This document shows, piece by piece, positions 1 to 41,361 of a stretch of 64,000 nt of DNA. Made by a program: the position numbers and the translations under genes. How positions within the stretch are numbered: the first letter of the stretch is position 1; each line of letters opens with the position of its first letter. Below the pieces are notes generated by a model, which was given only the letters and a program-made list of their open reading frames with translations, was not told the DNA's origin and made no database searches. Origin of the DNA: the human T2T-CHM13v2.0 reference genome, Homo sapiens; assembly GCF_009914755.1 (NCBI RefSeq), contig NC_060936.1; one strand, given 5' to 3'.

Positions 1-704
1 CCATGGCTGCCTCGCCCTCTTAGACCACAGCCTCCTGCAAAGTAGGGCCCCGTATCTCAGTTGGCTTTGCGCTCCCAGTGCCTGGCACAGAGCCTGGCTC
101 CCATGAGCACTCAACGACCCTTGAAAATTGACCGGAATCCCGGACAGCGCCGAGGTAGCGCGGGGAACGGGAGCGTGATCTGCTGCCCTCTCCTGGCAAT
201 GTGAAGCATTGTCCTAAGCACAGACACTTCCCTCTCCGCTGTACAAAAACAACTGCAGGATCGGGAAGCTGGAAAAGGAGCTGATGGAGGATGGGGGATA
301 TGGATGCTGTCTAAGAGACAAACTGGATTGAGGGGTTGCTGAGACTCTGCCATCTCCCACACTTTTCCCACGTTCGTGGACGCAGGGGCGAGGTGAGTGC
401 TTTCAAAGGAGGATGCATCCTCAGAGAGGCTCTCGCTCCCCCCATCAAACCCTATACTCTTGGATGAGATCTCGCTTGTCAATATATGCGGTTGCCATGT
501 TGTAACTATCACTGCACCTTTAATTCACTTCAGTGAGCGATCACTGAGTTTTTTCCACCATTGTTGTAAAATTTGTTTTGCTCTTGTGTGTAAAAAGACT
601 GTGAATTTAACCACTGGCTTCTCCTGATATTAACTCGGCTTTCTACGGCTGGGAGGTTGTCTCTGACATTCTGGGTTTCTCAGCCTTCTGTCAAAATCCA
701 AATA

Positions 705-830
705 CAGTCAGTCCGCAGTATACGTGGGGGACTGGCTCCAGGACCCTCCCTTGAAGATACTAACATCACAGGTGCTCAAGCCCCTGATACAGAATGGCAC
801 AGCGTTTGCAGACAACCTATGCACACCCTG
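705..830 (+). mobile_element. MER2-like (TcMar-Tigger) DNA transposon 5' fragment
   Basis: TA followed by CAGTCAGTCCGCAGTATACGTGGGGGACTGGCTCCAGGACCC...GCTCAAGCCCCTGATACAGAATGGC resembles the MER2 left end as recalled; truncated at the CBX3 pseudogene tail. Confidence 0.6.
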
Positions 831-1020
831 CAAGCTCTTTCTTTCTTTTTGAAGGAATATAAAACTATTTATTGACCACTGTTCACCAGTATTTACAATA
901 AATTAAACAATATATAGTCGAATAACATTCTGCTTGCTACAGAGTTGTTTTTCCTGGCTTTTGCTGAACCAGTAAAGAAAATAGTCTACATGTAAGGAAT
1001 GAGTCGGGGTGTGGTAGCAC

Positions 1021-1039
1021 TCCTCACACGGGGACACCA
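1021..1039 (-). other. Retroviral primer-binding site complementary to elongator tRNA-Met(CAT)
   Basis: Plus strand TCCTCACACGGGGACACCA vs tRNA-Met 3' end TCCTCACACGGGGCACCA (one extra A), 2 nt from the LTR CA end. Confidence 0.75.
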
Positions 1040-1041
1040 GC

Positions 1042-1547
1042 TGCAGGGGGTCTGTCCTTTGCAGACCTCTGACCCAGTGACAGATGAATGAAGTACACTG
1101 ACACTCAGATATTCTGCTTTGCCAGTCCAGCTGAGTGTCTCCGAGCCGCTTACAGACTCCAGCAGAGTCCTGTAAACAGTTGCGACTCAGCCCTGACCAG
1201 CTAGTGAGACTCACATTTATTGGTAAAGATTTATTGACAAAAGACTTGAGTCAATACCACTAGAGGGTAATTGACATTGTGGACTTCCCAAGTAGAAAGC
1301 ACTTAAGCACCCACCGTACATCAAAGGTTAATCTTAAGACCATATGAGTAAACAAGCTAGCTAGATAACTTCCCCACATTCTTTTGTTACTACTTTAATC
1401 TATTTAACTAAAGGTAAAGGGACCAGGCTGCCTTTAGCCAGATCTATTACCAAAATTATGCAAACTTCTCGGCCTTCCAAGAAGATTTCTGTCTATCTCT
1501 ATAACAATCCCTAATATTTTTCCCACCAGCCTGACTGAATCTCTACA
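1042..1547 (-). mobile_element. ERVK LTR, LTR22-like (HERV-K HML-5), 5' LTR
   Basis: Minus strand begins TGTAGAGATTCAGTCAGGCTGGTGGGAAAAAT...CTTCTTGGAAGGCCG (LTR22-like) and ends ...GACAGACCCCCTGCA; ~506 bp; TG...CA termini; immediately followed by a PBS. Confidence 0.7.
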
Positions 1548-2111
1548 TTGGGGTAAAGAAGAAACATACAGGTCAATAGTTGAGATTACCAAAGGTTGTT
1601 CACACATTTATGGCAGCAGGTCCTAGACTGCCAATACCTCTAACCATCTCACTAGGTTTCTATGAGCCAAGTCTTACATATTCCATGAATCATGACTTTA
1701 AGTCAATATAGCAACAGAGATTTCAAAATGTTTTTAAGGAATGGCCCACTGGAGAAACTGTCACATGTTCACTTAACTCAGTTTTGTTTAGCTAATTAAA
1801 ACACACCGGGATGTGTCTTGTTTCCTCATCTGGATGGGGAAACCTCCAGTGATGGCAGTGATAAAATTTTTCCATTTAGGAATTTTGCAAACAAACCACT
1901 TCATTTATAGACATAGATGCTTTAAAATTAGCCGATTTAAATTGTCCTATTAAGTAGAATTACTTATTTCCCTTGAAATGTATGGCTTCAGGAAGCTTTT
2001 CACTTTAACTTGAAGTGATCATCTCGTAGCTTGCTTAGAATAATGGCATCTCAAAAACATGGGTTTGCCTGTGGCTTTTGTTTCGGTGAATTTTTTTTAA
2101 GAAAACATTTA

Positions 2112-2610
<499 letters not shown>

Positions 2611-2793
2611 CTAATAAAGGAAGTAACTACAGAAATCTTTTATTTATTTGTTCAAAGTAACCAGTATTACTGATGAAAAAAAAACCCCAACAACTCTTCC
2701 AACACTACTTTCAAAACAAACATATCAAACTTGATTTTCATTAGAATGTAGTTATTTTGTCACATTAGTAAATCAAAAAGCAAGACCCAAATG

Positions 2794-2910
2794 TTATATA
2801 TATATATATATATACACACACATATATATATACACATATATATACACATATATATATACACATATATATACACATATATATACACATATATATATATACA
2901 CATATATATA
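2794..2910. repeat. (TA)n/(CATATATATA)n compound microsatellite
   Basis: Directly visible TATATA/CACATATA runs. Confidence 0.95.
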
Positions 2911-2930
2911 TTTTTTAACGTGAACAATTA

Positions 2931-3356
<426 letters not shown>

Positions 3357-3589
3357 TCATGAGAAACATCCATTTTCCGCTGCCATCTGTGGCACCAATT
3401 ACTCTTTCAGGATCAAGACCTGTGGCAAATCCTCTTGGTTTGTCAGCAGCATCTCTTTTCTTCTGTGATTTGCTGACATCAGATTCACTGTGAGATACAG
3501 ATTTTCTTTTAGTACCATCTTTTTCTTTACCAGCTTTTTGAGAATTAAGAAAAGCTTCAATTAACTCTGGACAAGTTAAATTAAAAAAA

Positions 3590-4850
<1,261 letters not shown>

Positions 4851-5949
4851 CTTTTAAAAGTAAGTAAATATGATTTTCCATATTTCAAGCTCTTTCTCAA
4901 GTTCTAGCTCTTTGTGAGGACTTCCCAGAATACTTTTTCCAGATGCTGCCATTCTGCACTTTGAAACTGTGCCACACTGGCTAGTCCTGGGTTCTGCTCT
5001 ACTTCTCTTTATAGGCAAGCTCCTTAAGGGAAGGTAGATTATGTCACAGACTCTGCACTCCACAGCCTCTGGTACAGACCTAGGAACCTAGTAGGTGCTC
5101 AATAAACATCTTTCCACCGGCTGGCCATCTACAGGAAGTATAAATTTGCGGGGGGAGGGGGCAAGCCCTGAGGACAGGGGCTGTGGGACGTTCTCCATCA
5201 TTTTCCCCTCAAGGAAAGGAAAGAGAGGATGGTTGGGGTGCCACATAATTAATCAATGAAGCCCCTAGCAAACAAGGGCCCCTTAAAAAAAAAGATACCC
5301 CTCTTCTCCAAGGGCGTATGAGTCTAACGAGGGACAGATTGGTCTATCCAGGAATCTATGTGAGAATCCCCACCCCTGGCCAGGGCTTCCAGCAACCTTT
5401 CTTCCCATGAGAAAATTAAACCTGAGGAGGTAAACCCAACGAAAAACCAAAATAACTCCCCCAGAGGAGGCTACTCGTAGAGAGAAGGGCTACGTAACAT
5501 CTCATCTGTGAGCCTATGTGAAGAGTGAGACTCAGAGATACAGTGAATACACATTTTGGCTAAATGCTAAAGGGACACATATTTAAGTCAATATCTGACT
5601 AAACAAAAACTATTACCAACAAAGAATGAACTTCCAGGATACAAGAATAAATATGAACTCTCAAATAAATTATTGTTCCTATTACAATTCATACCTTTTT
5701 TAAAAGTTAGCAGACTGATCATAGAAGTTGGATGTTATAGTGAAGGAACAATGATGTCTTAATTTCTCAATAATGACAGCTGCTGGATTGCTCTTGTGAT
5801 CACTGCAGTGCACATTTATGATATTAAATATACATTTACTTTCAACTGAGGATGATGGACGTTCAGACTATTTTTCCCAAGTGGCAATCCATGTCCTAGT
5901 TATGCTAATTAGATATGATAATAACCTAGACACATACATGATGCTTTTT

Positions 5950-7984
<2,035 letters not shown>

Positions 7985-9664
7985 TCAGTAGAGTTTCTAT
8001 TTTCTCAATCAACAGACACCAAAGTTAACAAGAAAATATGTAAAGGTCTTTAACGGCTTTTTTTTTTTTTGGCATTACATTTTTGACAAATTATACTGGG
8101 AACATTCTAACTTAGGCTGGGTGACAGATTTCCAGCTTTCATTGTACTGGTATACTGCATAACATGTATGCATACATGAACACACACACCTATATGCATT
8201 TCAGTCTTTTGAACGATCCAAATATCATACAATTATTTGGATGTTAAGTGCATTGGCAGCCTAGGAAGGTCAAGATATGAACTGTAGAAACAAGGGGTCT
8301 TCATGTGTAAATGATGGGCCCAGAGTTTGGGATCTGAGCCAGGTCAGCTCTAAGAGGCTCAGTGTGACGAAAACAAAGTTTCTGATCCCAGCAGGAGTCA
8401 CCTACAGATAAGGTGGATGAGAAAAAGTGTGCTGACTTCCTCCCGCAAAAAAAGGGGACATTTTGGAAGAATTTCGAGTGGTACCGGTTACACATCTTTA
8501 ATGAGAATACTAACTTAAATGGCCTGGGGAAAGGGTGAGGAGATAGAGGAAAGAGACTAAAACACGTGCACACTTTCTACAGTATATGTACTTTTTATGA
8601 TCAGAAAAATATCACATAAACGACCAGGAAATATTCTAAGAGAAACAGTAAGTTCCTGCTCCAGGATTCAAGACCCCTAGTTTCCTCCTGTGGTTTCTCC
8701 TAGTTTCTGCCTGTGGTCCCCTAGTTTCCTCCTTCACTGTGTGGGGACAGAGCTTCTCACCGGGAACCTTGCCCTCTTGCCCTTCCCTGTCTCACAGACC
8801 TCTGTTTTCTTAGCCCTTTGTCCCCATCTCCACTGCAGCGCCTATCAGATCACACTAAAACGACCGTTATTTACCAGCTGCGGAGTTGGAGGCGAGGACT
8901 GAGCTAGATACCATACACAGATTCCCGCTTTTTTAACCATTAAATCACCCTCTTTTACAAATGTTACTATCTCTATTTTACAGACAAGAAATCGAGACAT
9001 GAAGATTAACTAACCTGCCCCAATTTAAACAGCTAACATAACACATGGGCCGCCCAACGTCCCTTACTCCAAAGCACATGCTCATTCCACTAGGGTATTA
9101 GGCTATGTGTTAATGTAACGGCAGGCAATCTGAAGGGCTCCACTATGTACGTGCCGAACAGAATTAAAGGGGGGGTCCCACACTGTCCGCTTCCGATGAA
9201 GAAAAAGACGCAGAAAAGAAACCGCCACACGTGGAGAATCAGTAGGTGCAAGCCAAGGACAGTTTGCGGTAAACTGCCACCCCGGAAGCCAGCACCCACC
9301 ATCCTGGTCTCCCGGAGTTTGGGTGACCCCTGGCACTGTTACTTCTGCATAAAAGTAGTGGATTTAACCCCTACAGAGGCAGCGCCCCGTATCCTCTGAA
9401 GCTGTCTCCAGCCACCTAAAGAGACGTCTTCATTATGGCTCAACTCATTTGGGCTGTAAATTGCTGAAGCGAAGGGCTTTTTCTTCTGCATCCCTTTCAA
9501 GTTCCGTCGGCAGGGACTACAATAAATCATCACATTATGACGCTGAAAGTTCATCTCTAAAAAGCTTTCAATTTAGTTTGATGAGACTAATGGCGTCCAA
9601 TCGCACAGTGCCGGGCACATAACGGGAAGTCCAAAAATACAGTTATTATTGGAATAAAAATTCA

Positions 9665-9920
9665 GGCTGGGCGCAGTGGCTCACGCCTGTAATCCGAGAA
9701 CTTTGGGAGGCCGAGGCGGGCGGATCATTTGAGACCAGATGTTCGAGACCAGCCTGGGCAACATGGCGAAACCCCGTCTCTACTAAAAATACAAAAATTA
9801 GTCGGCGTGGTGGCGGACGCCTGTAGTCCCGGCTACAGAGAGCCAAGATCGCACCACCGCACTGCAGCCTGGGCGACAGAGCAAGACCCTGTCTCAAAAA
9901 AAAAAAAAAAAGAAAAAAAA
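9665..9920 (+). mobile_element. Alu with internal deletion in the right monomer
   Basis: CCCGGCTAC joins AGAGAGCCAAGATCGC, skipping ~50 nt of consensus; CpG-rich. Confidence 0.85.
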
Positions 9921-10860
9921 ATCAGCCAAGACTTGGAAAAAGAAATTTAAAAAAGGAAAATTCATGCAGCCAGTAACTATTGGGACATCACTCACCAGGC
10001 ACTATGCTAAACTGGGGTTAGGTGCTGAGCAAAACCAGGCCCCTCTCTAGATGGCTCTCTAGGTCCCACGACCATAGCTTAGGTGACACCGGCACCTGCG
10101 CGCTCCACAGCCTGTCGAAAAACACTCGGGAAGCAAACATTGAGAAGAAAATACTCCTTCTGTGGGCCTTTAGGAAAACCGAGTGACTTTTTTCGTGAGG
10201 GGAACCCATCTTTGTAAGCATTCGCGGAAACGGCAGTTTTATTACCGCCGGGAAGGGTCCCCTGAGTGTGTGCCCCATCTGAGTTCCGAGCTGGGCGGGC
10301 CATGCCTTGCCAACCCCGCTGCTCGCAGCATCTGCAGGCGCTGAGCGAGGCATCGCTGCCTGGCCGGGGCTTCTCGGATCTGGGGAAATCGAGGTCGCTT
10401 TCCCCGGCTCTCTGCAGCGGGGCAGCGCTGTCCACTCACTCCCCGCTCCCCGCGCACGCCCTTGCCCTCTTTCCCCCAAGTAGGGAAGGGTCTACGCGGG
10501 TCATAGCAGAGAGGCCACGCCGCCCGTGGTGACGGCCGGTCCCGGGGAGGGGGCGCCGCCACTGCCATCCCGCAGCCTGCGCTCCCCACACCCCGCCGCA
10601 GGCGCAGCGGACTGGTGGAGTGATGTCGGGAGATCGATCGAGAAGAATCTGGAAGAATCCGGTTAGACAGGGAAGCGGGCGGGGATGGGAGGGAGGGAGG
10701 AAGGGCCAAGGGAGGCCGCCGGGGAGATCCCGAGTCCGAGGGTCCCAGGAGAAGGGGGAGGGGGCAGGCAGCCAGAAGGAGGCAAGAACCAAAAAAAAAA
10801 AAAGAAAAAAAAATTCCGAAGCGCCCGCAGCACTGAGCCCGAACCGGCTCAGTCCCGCCG

Positions 10861-10875
10861 TCTCTAGAAAGTTCT
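10861..10875. promoter_or_regulatory. Heat-shock element (HSF1 site)
   Basis: tCTCtaGAAagTTCt = 3 inverted nGAAn units with 1 mismatch; FKBP4 is a known HSP90 co-chaperone and heat-shock-inducible gene. Confidence 0.7.
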
Positions 10876-11138
10876 GCACCCCGCCCCCTCTGTCTGCGCT
10901 CCCGCTCCTCCCAGCCCCTCCCTCGCGGCGGGGCGGGACCAATCGCTCCCCGAGCCGCTCCTGACCCACCTACCCCAGCTCTCGCGCCGCGTGCAGAGGT
11001 GCTCAAGCCTCCTCGCGGTCCGCAGTCAGTGCCGCCGCGCCCGGCCTCCCGCACGCCCCGCAGGTAGCGCCCCCGCCCGCGGCCCAGAGTGCGCTCGCGC
11101 CGGCACCAGCTCCCGGATAAACGGCGCGCCGCGCGGAG

Positions 11139-19257
<8,119 letters not shown>

Positions 19258-19920
19258 CCCCTCTCCACCAGCCCTACTCCTGCGGCTGCCTGCCCCCCAG
19301 TCTCCCCACTCCACCCTGTTAGTTTTGTAAAAACTGAAGAATTTTGAGTGAATTAGACCTTTATTTTTCTATCTGGTTGGATGGTGGCTTTAGGGGAAGG
19401 GGGAAAGGTGTAGGCTGGGGGATTGAGGTGGGGAATCATTTTAGCTGGTGTCAGCCCCTCTTCCCTTCCTCCATTGCACATGAACATATGTCCATCCATA
19501 TATATTCATCAGAATGTTAATTTATTTTGCTCCCTCTGTTAGGTCCATTTTCTAAGGGTAGAAGAGGCAAGTGGTAGGGATGAGGTCTGATAAGAACCCA
19601 GGGTGGAGAGGGAGACTCCTGGGCAGCCGTTTTCCTCATCCTTTCCCTCTCCCAGTCCATTTCCAAATGTGGCCTCCATGTGGGTGCTAGGGACATGGGA
19701 AAAACCACTGCTATGCCATTTCTTCTCTCTGTTCCCTTCCTCACCCCCGACGGTGTGGCTGATGATGTCTTCTGGTGTCATGGTGACCACCCCCTGTTCC
19801 CTGTTCTGGTATTTCCCCTGTCAGTTTCCCCTCTCGGCCAGGTTGTGTCCCAAAATCCCCTCAGCCTCTTCTCTGCACGTTGCTGAAGGTCCAGGCTTGC
19901 CTCAAGTTCCATGCTTGAGC

Positions 19921-19940
19921 AATAAAGTGGAAACAATAAA
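19921..19940 (+). terminator. FKBP4: FKBP4 polyadenylation signals (tandem AATAAA)
   Basis: AATAAA at 19921-19926 and 19935-19940 followed by GT/T-rich sequence. Confidence 0.8.
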
Positions 19941-22439
19941 ACCTGGGTGTCAGACAACCCTTTCTGTTCAGCCTTGGAGTGGTGGGTATGGGTGGGTACA
20001 TAATGGGTAGTAGCACAATCAAGGGGTCACCCACTTAGTTCCAGTTGAGCTTAAATAAGTGCAGCATCTCATGTAGATGCCATAGTTGGGCAGGAAGCAG
20101 CCCCACCATGCATGGCTTCCTGAGCACTGCACAGGCTGCCGCTGGGATTTGTGTCTATGGCTTCGCCCAAGGTTCCCAGCACTCCCTCCCTCCAGCAACC
20201 TGGCAGTTTTAGTGCCTCTGGTTTTCTTCCCTGACACTTAGGAAGACGAAAGTATAAAGATCTAGAAGACTGGGACACCATGCATGTTCATTTTGAAGTT
20301 GGAATTGGTCTTCTGCCTACCTCTGATCTGGCAGAGGTATCTGCATTTTGGTTTGTTAACAAGGTAAAACTCCTGGTGTCACTGACCTCCTCCTGTCAGA
20401 TAACTTACATGATTAAGGTTAAGAGTAAAGCAGAGTGTTCACGTCCAGCTTCCTTCTCAGCCTTAACAGGAAAAGGCTTGTGCTTTTTTTCTAACTATGC
20501 TTTGACCCTTAACTCCTATGGCATGATGGGGCCCTGGGAGAAGCCAGGCAGCACAAGCCAGTCATGCTGAGCTGCCTCCAGATAATCCTGGCTCCAGGCC
20601 AGAGCCCGTGTCTGCCCTCATCCCTCTCTCCTACTGTGAGCTCTCCAGTCCTTTCCCAACAGCGATGTGGTTGTCTGCTTAGCCACATGCCTGTATAGTT
20701 CCTTCCAGAAGAAATGTATAATGGTGGAAGATGTATTTCTGTGTGAAAATTTTCACCAAGTCATACAACACAGCTGATGCTGGAGCCAGGATTAAAATTG
20801 GGGTGTACAAGTCTCCCAGTGTGAGTATCCCTTGAGCCCAAGACACCAAGGATGCAGAGAACTGTGACTGTGCCACTGCACGCCAGCCTGGGCAAGAGAG
20901 TGAGACCATCTCTTTTTTAAAAAAGTCCCTGTGTAACTGCTTTCTTACTGGGCTTACCTCACATCACAGCCCTGTGTTTGTGGTTTGTGTCTGGGTCCTC
21001 TTGGTATTTCAAAAGTAGTAGATTCTTACGCCTGCAGCCAACAATAATCACTAACTCAAGCATTTATGGAGTAAGCCTAGCACTGTACTGACAGCATCAC
21101 ATGAGTGAAACTGAATCCTTGCAACCATCCTACAAAGAAGGTATAACTTTAATAACCCTATTTACAGATAAGAAAACCAAGACTCAGAAGTTAAATGGAA
21201 AGGTGAGGTCTCTGAACTAATCCAGACTCTCCCATGAGGTTCCTTTGGCAAGTCCTGGGCTTCTGTCCTCATCTGCAAAATCGAAAGCATTCCTGAGGTT
21301 TCTTCCAGCTCTGCATCCTGTAGGATTCCAAGAATGTAAAACTGCATGTAACCGTGGAACATCTAGAGATAAGTCTTAGTTTATGTAACATTAAAACTGT
21401 CTAGTGAGGATGTTTTGTTAAAATGCCTACAAGTCTTTCAGCCTAAAAATAATCCTGCCACATACTCAAGTCTGCCCTGGGTCAGTGCTACAAGTTCATT
21501 TCCCAGTCAGTTGTCCCTGCCTACCGACACTTAAATCTTTCTATATGCAGAGAAATGTGCCTGAAGAAAGAAAAGTTAGTAGCAAGCAGTACTGTGAGCT
21601 TTTAACAAGCTTTGCAAGTGGTCTCTAGAAAAATTTAAAATAGGGTTTATCTTGCCCTAGTGCTGGTTCTAACATCGAGTTCCATGAATTTTATCTCCCA
21701 AGTATTTCTACTCCCTCCATACTAGTACCGCTCCCTCCCATCACCATGCACTCCAGCCTGCTCTCCTGCAAATCCCAGGCTCCTATCTGGGATTCCCTCC
21801 TGCCCCTCCTGCAGTTCACTCTGTACTGCATCCCAATCGTGTCCCTCCGAGTACTTAAATCACTTTCAATGATTACCCATCCCATTTAGGCTAAAGAATC
21901 CTTATCATGGCCCACAAAACCCTGCAAGGCTTGGCAAAGTGCACTTAACACTTGCCCTCACTCTATGCCAGCTTCGCCACCCTGAGGGTGAATGGAGGAC
22001 TGTATTCCATTTCCATTGGAGAAAAAATATGTGAAAGGCACTTTATGCAGGACTAGTAAAGTGTAGTATCTTTTTAGAAAATGTCATTACTGGAAAAAGT
22101 TAGAAAGCAGAACTTCTCAAACCTTATTCCTGTTACGTCTCAGTGACTAATTTTCCCTTTCCAAATGCAAAACACCTCAGAACCTTAAAACAAGTTGAAA
22201 CGACAATGCATTAAGGGCAGTGCTGAATACAACCAATGTAAGAGTCTGGACATTGTAAGTAAGGAAAATTTGTTCTCTTTCTGGAATTCATTATTGCTGC
22301 CTTATGGCTGCAGTTCCCCAGCTGTTTGCCAACCTCAGATGATGTGGATGCATTAACTATCCCCAGTTAGAAAACCTAGAAATAATAAAAACATTAATTT
22401 ATCCTGTGCTAAATAACACTACCAATTTTTTTAATTTAA

Positions 22440-23235
<796 letters not shown>

Positions 23236-24043
23236 TGCTATACCAATTTGAGAGGCAAAGTAAGAGTGAATGGTCTCAGGGATGATCAAGAAAAAGCAAT
23301 GCCTTTGTGAATGTCAAGGGTCCTGTGGCTAGAAGAGAGGATCAGCATGTATATTCTATATTCCATTGGATCTTCAGTCTCCTGTTTTAGAAGTGCATCA
23401 GACATAAACTGATTTGTATTTTTTTAGGTGAAATTCACATTTTTAGGTGAAACAAAGTTAACCATTTTAAATTCAACAGTTTGGTGGCCATTTAGTCTTT
23501 ACAGTGTTAATCTAGTTCCAAAACGTCTTCCTCATTCTTTGTGTTTTAACCCTGTCTCCTAATGTTTAAGTGACACAGTGACAGTGAACTTCTCATCCAT
23601 CAGTAGTCTTGAGCAGACAATCCTGATGAGTTAGTTCTAGGATTAAAGCGTCCCAGAGTTGGTGGTGCATTTTAACAGGGGCAAACTTGAGGAAGGCAGT
23701 GAGACTTAGTAGAGCTCTGAATAACAGCATTTCACCCGGTGCAGAGCTGCCCCACACTACTCTGCCAGTTTCTAGGACAAAAAACCTAACTTTTCCAACA
23801 GTTTAATATGCTAAGGTGTACCATGAATGAGAGAGGGGAGGGGGAAATGGTGATATAAGCCAAACCAAGCCCATTGAGAAGCCATGGACCCTGCCCCCAA
23901 GGTGGTGAGGCTCTGGGCCTCATGTTTTGAAAGATACTTGGAGACCCTGTTTCTTACCTGGGCACCCTGGGCAAACACAAACCATTCTGTCTACTGTTGG
24001 AGGATGAAGTACACAAAGAATCTTCCTAGAAATGCTTCCCACT

Positions 24044-26283
<2,240 letters not shown>

Positions 26284-26727
26284 CTAGAGGTGAACATTTT
26301 GATACTGGTTTTGGTTTTCCCACCCCTTAAAGGCCTAATATGAAGCTTAGGATTTGAACTAGGATGAGAGAATAGAGATGGGGTAGAACACGGGGTGAGG
26401 GAGCATGCAACTGCTCTGTAAATGAGAAAATGTATTCAAAGCACCAGGAATACCTGTGGGACCCAGTGCCTTTTAATGGACCTGGCCATCCCACAGTACA
26501 CAACCAGAAATATGAACTTGTAACACAGTTCAGCTTCAGAATATATCTGCAGTCTCCAGTATTTGTCCAGACTTCCTCCAGTTTACTGTTCTGACCTGCT
26601 GTTCTTTCTTACCTGGCTGTCAGATCCACTGGGACATCTAGGAAAAAATCTGCCACCCCCTTCCCCCAAGAAAAGGTCTTGCCCTCCAGCCTCCTCCCAC
26701 TATGTACAGACATAGAAAGTAGGGACA

Positions 26728-27530
<803 letters not shown>

Positions 27531-28399
27531 ATAAAAAGGAACAGCCCCTGGTCCAAAATCCCAGATAAGGTAGAATCATTTTTTTTTTTTTTTGAAACAC
27601 CAAGTGCGAGTCAGCCTGGGTTTTTAGACCTAAATCTAAAAATGTATTGAACACCTGTATGATTTCATAAATATTGCCCTGATTGACGAGGCACCCCAAA
27701 GAAAGGCAGAACTGGATTCAACATGGAAAGAAAGTATCCCAAGAAGCCAGCCATGAGAGTGACAGTCCCATCTGTGCTACAAGAGTAAGGCTACTGAGGT
27801 TGAGATGCAAGAGCTTTGTGCTGGGGGGCCACAAGACAGAGCAGATCCGGAATCCAGGCAACCTTCACTTCCAGCCTGAAGACTCTCCTACGAACTATGA
27901 TAGTAAATGATGGAGAGGCCCTAGGGTTTGGGATCAAACAATTCTGGTTTGAGCACGCACCCCGCCCCACAATCCTTCCTTCTGCCATTTTACTTAATCT
28001 TGCTGAACCTGTTTTCCTCAGCCAAAAAAAAAAAAAGCTCGCATAGTGGCTGAACTAATTATGTGAAATATGTGAAATGTGCTTTGCAGCAGGTGGCTTT
28101 TAAACTATTGACCAGAAAACACATACACTGAAAAAAAAAATTTTTTTTACATTATAAGCCAGTATACACATATAAGTATATACAATTGAAACAAGAGTTT
28201 CACAAAAACTGTACTTACCTTACTACCTGGGAGTCACTTGGTATATTACTATTGTATTTAATTTTTTATATGCTGATTGCAACTCACTACATTGTTTTCA
28301 CTCCTAATGGGTAGTTTTTTAAAAACACTTTTCAAAACCATGCAATTATCAGTTATTACGAAGATTAGTAAGATTCTCAGGAATGGTCTGATGGCTAGG

Positions 28400-40193
<11,794 letters not shown>

Positions 40194-41047
40194 CTGTACT
40201 TGCCTCATAGCTGGTGAAGGATTCTTCTGAACCCCCACCCTACCCCCTAAAGGTATCTGTGGTATTGGCAGGATAGGGAATATGCATTACAGAAATGCAG
40301 GATTTGACTCTGGGCATGAAAGATGGCAGCAGCCCTAGGGTGACCGTGAACTATAGACCTCGCAGTCTTTTCGGTGAAAGAAGAGACAAGTTGACCCTCT
40401 GCCCATTTCCTTATGGACCTCACCCATCATGCCAGCAGGGTCATAGGACCCTGGCCTTGTTCCAAATCATCTGGGACATGACCCACTCCCCACTGTCACT
40501 GTGTTGAAAACAGAGACTTGTTTGTGTGGCCCCAACACCCATAAGGAAACCAGGCTTTAGGCCCAGGGGAGCAGTGGAGGTAAGGGCTCCACCCCATCTT
40601 AAGCTCTGTCTTCCGTGGCACAATTCCAAGTTCTTGACGTTAGTAATTGTTAAAGGAATGGCAAACTGTTTTGTTTTGAAGGATCTTTCTACAGTCTGGT
40701 CTTACCCATGTTCCTAGCAACCCTGAGATGATTTTCTTCCATTTACCAAAGCAGCCGGGTCAGTGCTTTCTCACGTTGCCGTATTCTTCAGGTATTAGTC
40801 AGCTTCAGAAGCCCTGCTCCCATTTTTCCACCCACCCATTCCCCCATAAAACAGCTTATTGTCTCCAAGACAATAGACATTTAAAATGTGATGCGGGTTT
40901 ATGATCCAGACCACAATCAGAATTATATCTTGGGTCATTTATGTGCCGTCTGTTCTTGATTCTCTATGCTCTAAATCGGTGTTTTTCAAACTGTGGTTGC
41001 AGTCCTTTGGTGGATTATGGCCAGCATTTTTTAAATAGGTAGAATAG

Positions 41048-41053
41048 AATAAA
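41048..41053 (+). terminator. ITFG2: Likely ITFG2 polyadenylation signal
   Basis: First canonical AATAAA I found downstream of the stop; GT-rich sequence follows at ~41090-41130. Confidence 0.65.
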
Positions 41054-41361
41054 GTAAAATAGAAAATAGCAGAGTACATTGCTCTCAGTGTAGGTAAGTA
41101 TTGTTTTGTTAGTCATATGTGCATGTGTGTACTGAGTGCCATGTAAAATGTATTCCTGCTGTGGTAAGCTGTGGTCGAGGAGTTTGAAAGCCATTGCTTT
41201 CAAATTCCTCTCAATTATACTGACCCTAGTCAGATGGGTCAGCCTGGGCAAGGGCCCACATTTACATTTCCTTTCTGTAAGGGACAATGGGCAATTATCA
41301 CTCAGCTCTTGATAGGCAGGGAGGAAGACCAGAGAAGAACATCGACATAGAGAAACAAGAG

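Noticed and set aside
1021-1039. Possible tRNA-Met gene or fragment
   Set aside because: Only the 3' 18 nt including CCA match, and they abut an LTR; this is a primer-binding site, not a tRNA gene.
8674-8733. Degenerate ~22-bp repeat CCTAGTTTC...CCTGTGGT
   Set aside because: Only ~2.5 imperfect copies; no supportable function.
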